Part shown: positions 12,391-24,960 of the stretch, piece after piece
Numbering within the stretch: position 1 is the first letter of the stretch
How the letters are laid out: each line of letters starts with the position of its first letter
Assembly (NCBI GenBank): GCA_964016885.1
Contig: OZ024742.1
Location: 352,842,001 to 352,906,000, forward strand
Direction: 5' to 3'
Origin: Eledone cirrhosa
Lineage: Eukaryota
Length of the DNA stretch: 64,000 nt
Program-made: the position numbers and the translations under genes
The notes under the pieces: model-generated
Databases searched by the model: none
Told to the model about the DNA's origin: nothing
Seen by the model: the letters and a program-made list of their open reading frames with translations, nothing else

Positions 12391-15300
12391 GGGCTCAAAA
12401 CCACACAAGAGACCACGGCCACCCTGACCACCAGGGCAATCGCCCTCTCTCAATTTTTCCATCTCTCAAACTACAGACCTATATTCAGAGTGGTCTCGTT
12501 CACTCGGACCATTCTCGCTACATTCACCCACCTTTCAACAAACTTGCTAGAAGGCAGCACTTGCATCTCCACACCGATTTTCCTCTTCAAGTGAAACTTG
12601 AAAAAGTTAATTAGGAATTCGCCGAAGAGGAAAGTGTCTGTCTTTAACGCTTTTAACCTTGTCCACCACACAATCTCTTTCGCCATGGCCACCAGTCAGA
12701 TGAAAACCGCCTGCCTTTCCACCTCAAAGGAAGGCGGCGAGACCATCTGCACAATGGACTCAGTCGACAACCGGATCAGTCCTAAACGGGACAGCAACTG
12801 TTCGGCATAGCTCCACAAGTCAGCAATGCTCGGGCACGGAACGAGTGCGTTCACGACGATTTCGTCGTTCTGCGCGCATCTCGGACATGCTCGGCTGACG
12901 GCACCTCCGTGCCTGTAGAGCTTATTTCGAACCGGCAGCGCTCCCCGGTAGCACTGCCAGGCCAGGGATTTTTGGAAGTTATCCATAGGCCTCGGGCTGA
13001 AAGTTATCCGGAATAGAGCAAACAGCTGATCTTCTTCGACGCCCAGGATCTCTCCGAGAATGTCGTCGCAGTTCCCCTCCACTAGTCCTCAATAGAACGC
13101 GGAGGTGGATCTTCCAGCGATACTGGTGCCCAGCTGGCAGTGAGCGCCTGGAGACATTTCAGTTTCCAAGCGATATCCCTCGGTCTTTTTCTGACCCAGG
13201 ACTGCAGCTCCGTCAAGGAGACGAGCTGTGAGAAAACGTGCCTGGCAAACGGCGACCACACCTGTTCTCCATCAAGGAAGCACCAGAGATGTCGCAGCCT
13301 CAGCGCATGTTTCCGCATCATCAGCCATGACATGCCCAGTCCTCCACGCAACGGGTGTTGACAGCAGATGGATTGTCTGACCATGGGAGCGCGTCCCTTC
13401 CACAAAAAGCGGAATAGGAGGCGCTACATTTTGGTGAGAGTTGGGCTGGAGCAAGGGACGACGGTGAGGCGGTAGCAGATAACGGATCCGATGTACGCAT
13501 TCGCCACCTCCGCCCGGCCTTTCAGGGACAGATTCCTCTCGGCCTATTTCTGTGTGATGGAGGCCACCCTGCTCGTCACCTCGTTACATTTTTTCTCCAT
13601 CTGGAGGTTCGGTCCCAACCAGACCCCGAGTAATTTAACCGGTCGGTCCGTCCAACACCCCACGACGCTGTCGACGGCATGGACTTGCCTCTGCAGGTCC
13701 CGAGATGCAAGCCCACTGGCTCTTCCTGGTTTATCTTTGCTCCTCTTACCGCTTCATATTCCTTGAGAGCGGTGCCGAGCATCTGGAAGTGTCTGGTTAT
13801 CGACACCACCCCGGTAACGTTGTCAGCGTAAGCCGACTCTGATTTCCCGCATCCTAGTTATACGTACAAGAGGAACGAGAGGAGACAACCCTGGCGGACT
13901 GAGCGCATGATGCTGAATGGCTGCGACAGGTGACCGTTCACCCTCACAACTGAGCAGATGTCGCTGTACATTGCTGCGAGCCAACCCCTGAAAACGGGCC
14001 CGAAACCCGCTACCTCGAGGACCGCCGCCAGGTACCGATGGTCAGACCTATCAAATGCTTCTGGATTGATCCAAGTTGATCAGGGCCCCACCCGTGCCAG
14101 GTTCCTTAACCACCCTCTCTAAGATGTATCGCATGAAGTGGAGGTTGTCGTGTATGGATCTGTCCGGAATGGCGCATGTCTGCGCCTCTCCGACCAGACC
14201 CTTGACGACAAGCGCCAACCTCGTTGCTAACACCTTGGTTAAAATCTTGAACTCTGCGTTTAGCAGGGTTATGGGCCTGAAATTATCGATAACATCCCCC
14301 TTGGTCGGGTCTTTTCTCAGCAGCGCCAATGCTCCCCGGCTCACAAAACTGGGAATGCTCCCGTTCTGCTGCCAGTTTCAGTAGAAGTCTGCCAAGAGGT
14401 CACCGAACAAGTCTAGCATAAATGTATAAAGCACGTAGGCCAGACCATCCAAACCTGGCGATTTACCCCTTGTGCAGTTAGCCATCGCTTCCCGTATTTC
14501 ACAGGCTGTTATTGGCTTTTCGCAACACTGTGCTGCGGTCGTCGAGAGCCGAGGCAGTCCGTCGAGGTATGCACTGAAGTCCATACCTCGATCCTGGCCA
14601 CCGCCGTTCCCGAACAGTTCAACAAAGTGCTGCTGAAAAGCTTTACACGTCTGCTCGGTTCCGACAAAGACCGAATTGTGGCTTTGTTGCCACGTCGCGC
14701 CATTGCCATCCGGGCCCATTGGACGGCTTTTGTCTCCTCGTGTTTCAGAGCACGCGCTCTAGCTCTGACAATGCAGCCGTCGTGTTTTGCGTTGACGATT
14801 TGGTCGAGTGCCAATCTCGCTGCAAGCACGTCGGTTGCGATGCCTATCCTTAATGCCTCGTCTATCTTTCTGACTAGCTCTCCCTCTACTCTATTTTCCT
14901 CTATCACTACACCTTTGCTAAACCTAATCGACTCTACTTTAATTGCCCTTTTAAGGGCGAAGCACCACCTGTTGTTGACGATCGCTCCCGTCAACGCCCG
15001 CTTAACTAATACGCTAATCCGGTCTCTGTAGGCTTTGCGCTTGGGGAAAGACGCGTTCAGCTTCCAGTAACCGGGCCCTTGTCTATGAAGTCTGTCTATG
15101 TCGATCTCACAGATCACACATTTGTGGTCTGTGTAGTCGACTATTTTAAATTGTGGACAACTTATACTAGCCTTATCTAGTTCTCTGCAGAATACACTAT
15201 CGAGATACCATCTGGATGACCCGATGCGGTTTGTCCATGTCCACATTTTCACATTCGGGTGATCCAGTCGATACCTGTCAGACAATTCAAAACGTCTGAG

Positions 15301-17458
15301 CAGGTTGGTGTTGCTCTTGCACCCTCCTCCCCTATCCACTAATCCCCACACGATCCCAGCATGCATCCAAGATACCGTTCCAGTCGCCCACCAACACTAA
15401 AGAGCGGGACGTTCCCAGAAAGGTCTCTAGACGTCTGAAGAAATCTGGCCGTCCTGCACCTGTTGGGGCGTAGACAGCAACGAGCCTAAAAGCATTGCCT
15501 TCGCTGCCGGTAACGTCCAGCACTACCGACTTACCTTATGGGTCTAGGAAGATGGCCCGTATCGCGAGATCCAAGCCTCTCCGAAAAAGGACGGCGTACC
15601 CTCCCTCCGATCCTGGACGGCTGGGAGATGCGTATACATCGTAGCCGCCGAAGATCGGTGCGAAGGCTTGTGCTTCGGAGATTCTGGTTTCACTGATGGC
15701 CACCACATATATGTTTAGTGACCTGAGGTCGTTTACCCTGCTGACCCTGATTCCAAGATGACCCCATATCACGTGCATTTATACTGTCTATTCTGAGTAC
15801 GGCCATGTTGGATGAGAAACGGGGCAAGTGAGAAAGTGTCACTTACCTTGTTCGTGTAGTGAAGGGACAGTAGAACCGTCCCTTTGGCTGGTCATGGGTG
15901 TTTCTAAGAGGATGTCAGTGTATATCCTCTTTGTAACCGACCATCTGAAATCTCACACTGCGTTGGGGAATTTTTGTTTTAAAGGTTTGTACTGTTCTAT
16001 TGAGATTTCGATGATACTTCTGTTTGTCGGGAGAGTTCTTGGTGTTGGTGGGGTGTAGTAGTTTTTTTCTGTGATGTCTGTGTGCTGCTTTATATGTAGT
16101 ATGAGTTCTTTTTTGCCATGCTTATGGCTGTGTACCTTTTGGGGGGAGGGGTGATTTTGTTGCTGTTTTCTTCTTGTTGCTGTTTGGTGTTTGTGTCTTG
16201 TTGTGTTTGAGTTGTTGGTGTTTTTGGTGATGCTGGTGGTGGTGTGCTTGTTGTTGTCAGGGGTGCTTGTGGTGGTTATGGTGGTGGTGTTGCTGTAAGT
16301 TTCCTTGCTGCCTTTAAGCCTATCTGTATGCCTTCGCTTTTGGAGGGTGAATCTAAGGTTTTTTTCTTTTTTTCTTTTTTGTGGCAGACCAATTGTAACT
16401 TCACTTTCGCCTCAAACTCCATGTCGGATTCTGTGGCGTCTGGGAGGGGTACGTGCTCCATGGCTGTTGGTGGTGTTAGTGGAGCCCTCTTCAGCAATGA
16501 TCTTGCTGGTGTAGCTACTTCAAATGTAGCTATTGGTGTTGCCGCCACTGATGATGCTGCTTTAATTGACCGTGGCCTTGGTACGGGTGCTACGGACGTT
16601 GCCCTCCTACTCACCGTGGAAGGGGCTTCTTCGTTTGTTTCCTGCCCTGCTCTTGGTAGCAGCGGACCAGGTATTGGAAGGAGAGGTGCCTTCCTCGTTG
16701 TCTTTTGCAGGCAAAAGGCCCTGAGGTTACCCTTCGCCCGCAGAGATAACATTTCTGCCGTCTTCCTTCTATACTTATAGGGAGTTGGAGTCCTTCCTCG
16801 ATATCTAGGATATCTGGGATAGCGTTGATACACTCTTGGTCAGTTTGTATAAGCATTTGCATGCCTATACCTGACTAGTTCTATCTCCCTATTTTTTCTA
16901 CTTGCAGCATGGTCGTACTGTTCTCGATTCCAGCAAGGACAGACACGGCCAGCCAAGGTATGGGAACATCGGTTGAGACCTGGGTCACTTTGATGCTCAC
17001 AATTTTCTGCTGGCACTAGGAGGGCAACAAAACTATCTCCTCAATCTTTAGCGTTTCCAAAGAGTGAGACTTTGCATCCTGGGGGTGGCGAAAAGTACGT
17101 CTACTTTCTGCCTCGGGTGATGTGGGGTTTGCGTGCACAGACGCACCCCATGGCCTTTTGGATTTGAGCTTCCGTGGCTCTCTCCACCGATGTGAGATTT
17201 TGCTTACGGTGCGGTATGTCACCGTCCGTAGCAGTTGGTTCTTGAAAAAATCGGCTGGAGGTTTCAGAGAGACTCTATTTGCGCTTCTTGTCACCATGGC
17301 CCTTGCGACTGCCATCTCCTCCTCTGTGACTAAAACTGTCTCGATATTTCGGACGACGCCTGCAAAAGAAGTGGTCCCTTTTTCAACAGCACCACTACTG
17401 TTGCCGCTACTGGTCTTCCTGGTGGTGATGAGACCGCTATTACAGGTATCGGTGTCAT
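12391..17458 (-). mobile_element. Second Tx1-clade element (related subfamily), decayed
   Basis: Homologous APE/RT/CCHC fragments (15778-12471) and ORF1 remnants (CYLCG, 17458-15845); partial 3' UTR homologous to the other Tx1 copies. Confidence 0.85.
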
Positions 17459-17473
17459 TGTAATAATAATAAG

Positions 17474-20400
17474 ATAAGGGAAGAAGACGCACGTGGTGGA
17501 TAGAAGGTCATGAAATCGCTCCCGTAAGTTTTTTGATGTTTAACATATTTAAAACAATTGTAATATAACAATTCTTAGTACAAATGATACATAAAGCACC
17601 AGACCCAATTCTCAGAAAATTCGGATTCATAATATCCTGTTATATCGCTCAGATATTCAATTTTGTATTATACATGTTATATTCAAATAAAAAAAATGTT
17701 TATAAATGGAAGAAAACCCTCTCTGTCTACACTATATATAACAGCCAAATAACAGCAATTTCACCAACACCACAAACTAGATACACCACCTATCCCATCA
17801 CTCCCTGTGTACACTAAATACAACAGCCAGATAACGGCAATTTCACCACCACCACCAGCAATCCCAGCATAATAATAATAATTACTATTATTATTGTCTC
17901 AAGTTTTCTCAAAATGTTTAATTCAAATATTAAAGCAATATGTCAACACATATATTAAACATACGCGACAAACCGCATAGATACACAGATAAACAAACTA
18001 CAGGCTATTCAACAAAACTCAGTAACGACAACGCCATCAATATAGTCACCGCCGCCACCACTCCATCCATCATTGCTACCACTATCCCATCACCGCCGCC
18101 ACCACTCCTTCCTTGCTATCACCACTATTCCCCCATTACCTTCTGTTATCTTAAGAAAAGGGAAGGTGGCGGTATCATTAGACAAGGGAGAGGCTATCAA
18201 AATATATAAATAGATTGACTCCGTCCCCCTTCCCCACCAACAATAGAAAAAGCCCCAGCACCACCAACCACATAGCCAACAACAATAACAGGCAACTTCA
18301 GCAAAAAGTATATTATATTATTAATAATGTCACTCTTAAGTCACGCAATGCTCACATTAAGGAACCACTCATGATAATAACAATTTAAAAAACAACAAAA
18401 AGGAAAACCCCTTGACCAAGAATTATCGAGATGGCGGCCGGCGGGGAATAGCCGTGTCTCTAGGGGAAGACGACCCCTCTAGTCTTGGTTGATTACCCCT
18501 TGGCGGTTAAGGATAAAACGCAACAAAATAAAGTAAATGTCAAATGATAAAATCTCATACCGGATCGGCCGTCACCCGGGTCAAAAAGGGCCGCGTCCCT
18601 CAGAGAGGAACCAGACTGGTGTCGAAATATCTGCTAATGGTTCAAACCTTCCCATCACTTCGGAGCTGGAGACCTTCCTAACCGGAATAATCCTACTGTT
18701 GGCCCTTCATGCTCACCACGAAGAAATCCAAAGAAAAAGAGAGAAAAATGGTCAAGGGAAGATAATAAAGAATTCCTTGCGAAATCACTGACAACAGAAC
18801 AAATTAAAGAAAGGATCGAAAAAGTGGAGGGACTGCATGCTCAAGATGAAACTCAAAATGAAAACAATGAGATCGTAAATAATAAAGAAATGAATGAGAA
18901 TGAACTTGCCAACTTGAAGGTTGAAATTATGATCGAATGGATGAAAATTAAGTAATCTGACATGGGGGAACGAGACACCCTCTCTAAGATCCAGTACTCC
19001 AAACAGAAGCAAAAGATAATACACAAGACTAACATAATCCTCAAAAACATTATCATCACAAACAAACTAAACATTACTGATTTAAATCATCTCTATTATG
19101 CATCGGCTAAAGTCATTACTCACTTATGTGGAGTGAAAATGAAAAAAGCAAAGGAATTCACACAAGAAATCTACTTGGCCATAGAACATCAATCGCCAAA
19201 TAAACCTTCTCCGATCTGACATAGAAATGTTAACAAACTATAAAGTAGGTGAACATGTTAAACAAACTAAACTTAGAAAATTTAAAAGAAAGTACAGTAT
19301 AAAATCAACAAGTGACATGGATATGCTGATAGAAATAATCAAGAAAAAAGTGTCGGCCAAAGCTGCTCGAATAAGGCGCTTTGAAAAACGATCTAGATTC
19401 TATAAGGACAATAATATGTTCAAAAACAACCACAGGAAAATTGGTAGGTCAACAATAACTGCTAAATCAATACCACCCAAGGAGGAAGTGCAAGAATTCT
19501 GGGAAAAGATCTGGGCCGAAGAAAAAGTTCATAACATACATGCCCCATGGATAGACAGACAAATGAAAGATATAGCTCACCTTGGGGAAGAAATATGGGA
19601 AAATATAACAGTTGAACAGTTGCGCTTGGCTCTTAGAAAAACCAGCAAATGGAAATCCCCAGGAAAAAGACAAAATACTAACTTTTGGATAAATGCCTTC
19701 ACAGTGTCTCATGAGCTGTTAGCCCAACTTTATAATGAAATAGTTAAGGAGCCAGAACATATACCATCATGGCTAGTTAACGGCATTACATTCCTGCTTC
19801 CGAAGAATGATGAGACAAACAATCCCAAAAGTTACAGACCGATAACTTGCTTGACCACAATGTATACAATTTTAACATCAGTCCTAACTGAATATACATA
19901 TGACCACCTGATAACAAATGACCTATTTCCCAATGGGCAGAAAGGGTGTAAACGAGGCTCATATGGCTGTAAGGATCAGCTTTTGTTTAACAAAATGATA
20001 CTGGAAGATTGTCATAATAGACACAAACTGCTATCAATTGCTTGGATAGATTATAAAAAAGCATTCGATATTTTGCCACACAGTTGGATTGAAAAATGTT
20101 TGGAGATTTTCAAAATATCTCCCGTTGTCAGGAGGTTTTTGTCATTGAGTATGACGACATGGAAAACGACACTTCTTTTGAATATTGAAACAAAATCCCT
20201 GGAAGCTGGAGAAGTTAATATTAATTGTGGAATTTTTCAGGATGACTCTTTATCACCGCTTTTATTCTGCATCGCACTTATAAAATAAAGTAAAATGCTC
20301 AATGAAACAAAACATGGATATAAAGTCTATGACAAAACCATTAATCACTTGTTCTGCATGGATGACCTGAAACTATTTGCAAAACATGATGAACAATTGC

Positions 20401-22085
20401 AAGGGCTATTATCCACTATGGAGCATTTCGGTGATGACATTAAAATGGAGTTTGGACTAGATAAATGCGCCAAAGCAACGTTCACCAGAGGAAAGCTGCT
20501 GAACAGTTCAGACATTAATCTTGATCGGGGAATGTGATAAGAGAACTTGATCAAGAGGAAACTTACAAATATCTAGGTGTTTGTGAAGTTGACGGAATCA
20601 AGCACTTGACAATGAGGGAAAGGATAAGGAAGGAATGTTACTGCAGAGTAAGAGCAATCTTAAGAACGGAATTGAATGCAAGGAATAGGATCAATGCCAT
20701 AAACACGCTTGCCATACCAGTAGTAACCTACAGTTACAATGTCATCAACCGGTCAAGCCCAGATATACGTAGGCTCGATACAAAATTTAGAAAATTTTTA
20801 TCCATGCACAGAATGCATCATCCTAAGGCAGATACAGACAAAATATATCTCCCTAGGAAATCAGGAGCACGTGGGTTAATCCAGTTAGATATTGCGTAGA
20901 AAACTGCAACAATTGGATTATCTACATATCTCAGGGAATCACATGATTGGATGATCAAACTCGTTTTGAAACACGAAAGCATCAAAAGATCATACTCCAT
21001 TACAAAATATGCACAAAGATACAGTAATGGACTACACATTTCAGAATTCCCATTTAGTGCTGAAATGGAAAACACAGAAAAAGCAAAGCAGGTAAATGTA
21101 TCTGCAAAGAAAGAAATGCTACATAAACTGGCTAAGAAATGGGAAGAAAAGCCTCTGAATGAAAAATAGCCAGAAAGAGCTAACAATCCTGATGTTGACA
21201 AAACTTTAAACCATCAGTGGTTGGCATCCTCTGGACTGAAATCGGAGACTGAAGGACTGATTATATCAGCACAAGATCAGTGTCTGCCAACAAAAAATTA
21301 CCAAGCCAACATAATAAAAAATGGATGCAGCCCATTATGCCGTGTATGTAAAAAACAACCAGATACCATTGATCATATACTTTAAATGTGCAGTCCTATA
21401 GCTCCAACCGAATACCTAAACAGGCATGACAGAACTTCACATTGGATAATGTTTAAGCATTTTGACCTGCCCCATCAAAAAAATTGGTGGGAGCATCAAC
21501 CACCACTCAAACTTGAAAAAGATCACATCTCAATCTTGTGGAAGTTTAGCATCCAAACAGACCGAAAAATAGATGCAAGTAGACCTGATATAATACTGAA
21601 GGACTTTAAAAAGAGGGTATGCCTGCTAATTGATATGTCCGTTCCAATAGACAAGAATGTATCTATAAAAACTTTTGAAAAATTGAGCAAGTATAAGGAC
21701 CTGGAGATAGAAATTGGAAAAATATGGAAATTGAGAACTAAAACAATACAAGTGGTTGTAGGCGCTCTAGGAATGATACCTAAGGGGTCTAATGATTACT
21801 TATCGCAAAAATCCCAGGAATCCCGCGTATAGGAGAAATACAAAAGAGAGTACATATGGGAACTGCCCATATACTAAGGAAGATTCTGTCAATATATGTA
21901 CATCACAAGCCTAAACACCTAAAGATGCATTTGTGTGTATGTATGTTCTTTCTTGAACATGGCGGTCCTTGTTGTCTCTTGAGGTCACTGGTTGTGACTT
22001 GGTGATAGCTCGTGTGAACATAAAGCAAGATAAATCCAACTATAATAATAATAATAATAATAATAACAATAATAATAATAATAAT
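17474..22085 (+). mobile_element. R4/Dong family A, full-length but decayed copy
   Basis: Leader 17474-18536, ATG 18537, internal deletion near 18778, several stops and frameshifts, 3' UTR, (AAT)n tail 22043-22085. Confidence 0.92.
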
Positions 22086-23220
22086 GATTTCTTTATTAAC
22101 CAAAAGGGTTTACATAAAGTAGACATTAAGGACAGTGCAGGACAATACACGACGGTAGAAATGGGCATTTCTGCGTGTAAAGAACACAAACGGAAGATGT
22201 AACAAACAAATAACAATGAAAAATTCCCCAAAAAGGGGGGGGGGGAGTTCGGAGGGACATTTGTGGAGAAAGCCCAGTAAAAGACCACAGTGATCCTGAC
22301 GACCAAGGCAAGTGCCGTCTCCCAGTTTTCCAGCTTTAATTTACAGATACGTACTGAGAGTAGGCCCATTCACTCGGGCCATTCTTGCTCTCTCACCCAT
22401 CTTTCAACAAAATGCTGGGAAGAGAACACTTCCCTCTCTACTCTGATTTTCCTTTTCAAAAGAAATTTGAAAAAGTCAATCAGGGCATCACCGAAGAGGT
22501 AAGTGCTCGTCTTCAGCTCTTTCAAACGTGTCCACCATACTATCTCTTTCGCCATGGCCACCAGACAGATAAAAACTGCCTGCCCCTCCCGGCTAAAGGA
22601 AGAGGGCGGGGCAATCCTCACGATGGACTCAGATGATAGCCGGATCCGTCCTACACGCGACAGCAGGTGTTCGACATAAACCCACAAGTCAGCAATTTCC
22701 GGACACTGGACGAGTGCGTGCAGGACGGTTTCGTCACCCTGCGCGCATCTCGGACATGCCCGGCTGACGGCACCTCCATGCCTGTAGAGTTTATCCCGAA
22801 CTGGCAAGGCTCCTCGGTAGCACTGCCAGGCCAGAGATTTCTGGAAGTTCTCCATAGGTCCCGGCCCGAAAGTTCTTCCGAAGAGATTGGCTAGTTGATT
22901 TTCGTCGACGCCTAGAGTTTCCCCAAGTACGTCGTCGCTCTTCCCCTCCACTAATCCTATATAGAACGCCGAGGTGGAGTTTCCACCGATCACATTGCCC
23001 GATTGGTCGAGGGCTGTGAGCGCCTGAAGAAATTCCAGTCTCCAGGCGCTCCCTCTCGGTCTTCGCTTGACCCAGGACTGCAGCTCGGTCAAGGAAACGA
23101 GCTGGGGAAATACGTGTCCTGATCACCGTCGAGGAAGAGGTGGAAATGTCGTAGCCTGAGCGCATGCCTTCGCATCATCAGCCATGGCATGCCCAGCCCT
23201 CCACGTAGCGGGTGTTGACA
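22086..23220 (-). mobile_element. Tx1-clade element, 5'-truncated
   Basis: 240-aa ORF2 C-terminus close to 6976-8090; 3' end AATAAAGAAATC abuts the A tail. Confidence 0.88.
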
Positions 23221-23692
23221 ACCGCTGGAAATGATATAATGTCCAAGAAGGTAAGAAAGCTAAAGAGAAAATATGGATTGTCTTCTAGAGAAGTAATAGT
23301 TTCAACAAAAAAATCTCTAAAACAATAAGTCCAAGTAAAAGCCGAACGAATTCGGAGATTCGAGAAGCGAAACAACTTCTACAGGCAAAATAAGTTGCTC
23401 TCATCCAATGACAAGTCAATTTGTAGAGAGGCAGGGTAGAAAAAAAATAATTATTGAAGACTCAGTTGAATTGGATGCTGAAACAATAATAAAGGAACTT
23501 GAGCAGGAAGAAACCTATAAATACTTAGGGGTCAATGAGAACTTTGGCATACAGTATGCAAGTAGGAAAGAGAGGATAAGGAAAGAATGTTACAGGAGAG
23601 TACGTGCAGTTCTGAGATCAGAACTAAACGCTCGTAACAAGGTGCTAGCCATAAATTCCTTGGCAGTCTCAGTTGTCACTTATTGCTTCGGT
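23221..23692 (+). pseudogene. Fragments of another R4/Dong family
   Basis: KAERIRRFEKRNNFYRQN and TYKYLGVNE..RIRKECYRRVRAVLRSELNARNK are homologous to, but distinct from, family A; large internal deletion. Confidence 0.75.
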
Positions 23693-23711
23693 ATATATAC
23701 ATTCATATACA

Positions 23712-23970
23712 CACACGGCTTCCGAATCGATCGATCTTGCACTAAACATATCCTCACACTACTCCTCGAACAGTGCGTTGAGTCCCAGCTACTTTTGGCG
23801 GTAAATTTCATTGACTTCCAGAAGGCATTTGAGAGTGTTTATCGGAAATCACTGGAATATCGTGCCCTCGTACGGCATTACTGCAAGATTCTTCTTTATT
23901 TGAAATACCCTGTACGCAAACTCCAGCTGCTGCGTGCGAACGAAGTCCTGTATGACAGAGTAGTTTGACA
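23712..23970 (+). pseudogene. RTE-type reverse transcriptase fragment
   Basis: HGFR..RSC..HI.TL..EQ..E.Q....NFIDFQKAF.SV motif typical of RTE-clade RT. Confidence 0.65.
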
Positions 23971-23988
23971 TAATAAGAAGAATGACGA

Positions 23989-24176
23989 TTATGTCTTTCT
24001 TTCGTTTATTGAGGAGTGACGCGCTTTTCGCTATTGATCAATCAGCTCAAGGTTAGATCTGTATCGGTCTAGACCAACTCTGAAATCAGTATCTTGTTGA
24101 GCCACTTCTGATCGAACTCTGATCTGATCAATAGCGAAACGCGCCTCACTTCTCAATAAACGGAATGAAGACATAA
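23989..24176. mobile_element. MITE-like element with about 60-bp imperfect terminal inverted repeats
   Basis: TTATGTCTT..CGTTTATTGAG..TTCGCTATTGATCA mirrored by TGATCAATAGCGAA..CTCAATAAACG..AAGACATAA. Confidence 0.6.
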
Positions 24177-24199
24177 CAAAGCATCATTGTTATAATAAG

Positions 24200-24255
24200 T
24201 CCTGTACTGTCCTTACTGTCTACTTTATGTAAACCCTTGTGGTTAATAAAGAAAA
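24200..24255 (+). mobile_element. Tx1 3'-terminal stub with 15-bp target site duplication
   Basis: Matches the reverse complement of the Tx1 3' ends at 6747 and 22086; CATTGTTATAATAAG at 24185-24199 and 24256-24270. Confidence 0.85.
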
Positions 24256-24289
24256 CATTGTTATAATAAGAATGGTTATCATTGTTTTA

Positions 24290-24852
24290 TTATTATTTTT
24301 GCATTTATCTTGCTTTATGTTTATACGAGTTATCACCAAGTCACAACCAGTGACCTCAAGAGACAACAAGGTCCGCCATGTTCAAGAAAGAACACACATA
24401 TTCACACATGCATCCTTAGTGTTTAGACTTGTGATGTACTTATATTGACAGGATCTTCCTTAGTATATGGGCAGTTCCCATTAGTACTATCTTTTGTATT
24501 TCTCCTATACGCGGGTTTCCTGGGATTTGCGATAACTAGTCGTTAGACCCCTTAGGTATCATTCCCAGAGCGCCTACAACCACTGGTATTGTTTTAGTTC
24601 TCAATTTCCACATTTTTCCAATTTCTATCTCCAGGTCCTTATACTTGCTCAATTTTTCAAATGTTTTTATAGATACATTCTTGTCTATTGGAACAGACAT
24701 ATCAATTAGCAGGCATACCCTCCTTTGAAAGTCCTTCAATATTATATCAGGTCTATTTGCATCTATTTTTCGGTCTGTTTGGATGCTAAAGTTCCACAAG
24801 ATTGAGATGTGATCTTTTTCAAGTATGGGAGGTGGTTGATGCTCCCACCAAT
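24290..24852 (-). mobile_element. R4/Dong family A, short 5'-truncated copy
   Basis: Near-identical to the A 3' end; one nonsense change near 24536. Confidence 0.92.
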
Positions 24853-24960
24853 TATTATTATTATTATTATTATTGTTATTGTTATTCCTTGAATCTCAGT
24901 CATTGATGTTGGTTAACTGGAAAGTCCGTTGGATTGAATATCAAGCCACTACCTGCAGCC

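Noticed and set aside
17474-17530. HDV-like ribozyme at the Dong 5' end (as in R2)
   Set aside because: Could not build the nested double pseudoknot in the element sense; a CACCTCGTG loop-like motif exists only antisense, with no P4/J4-2 following
23408-23968. 186-aa ORF as a novel fusion gene
   Set aside because: Accidental in-frame join of an R4 fragment and an RTE fragment
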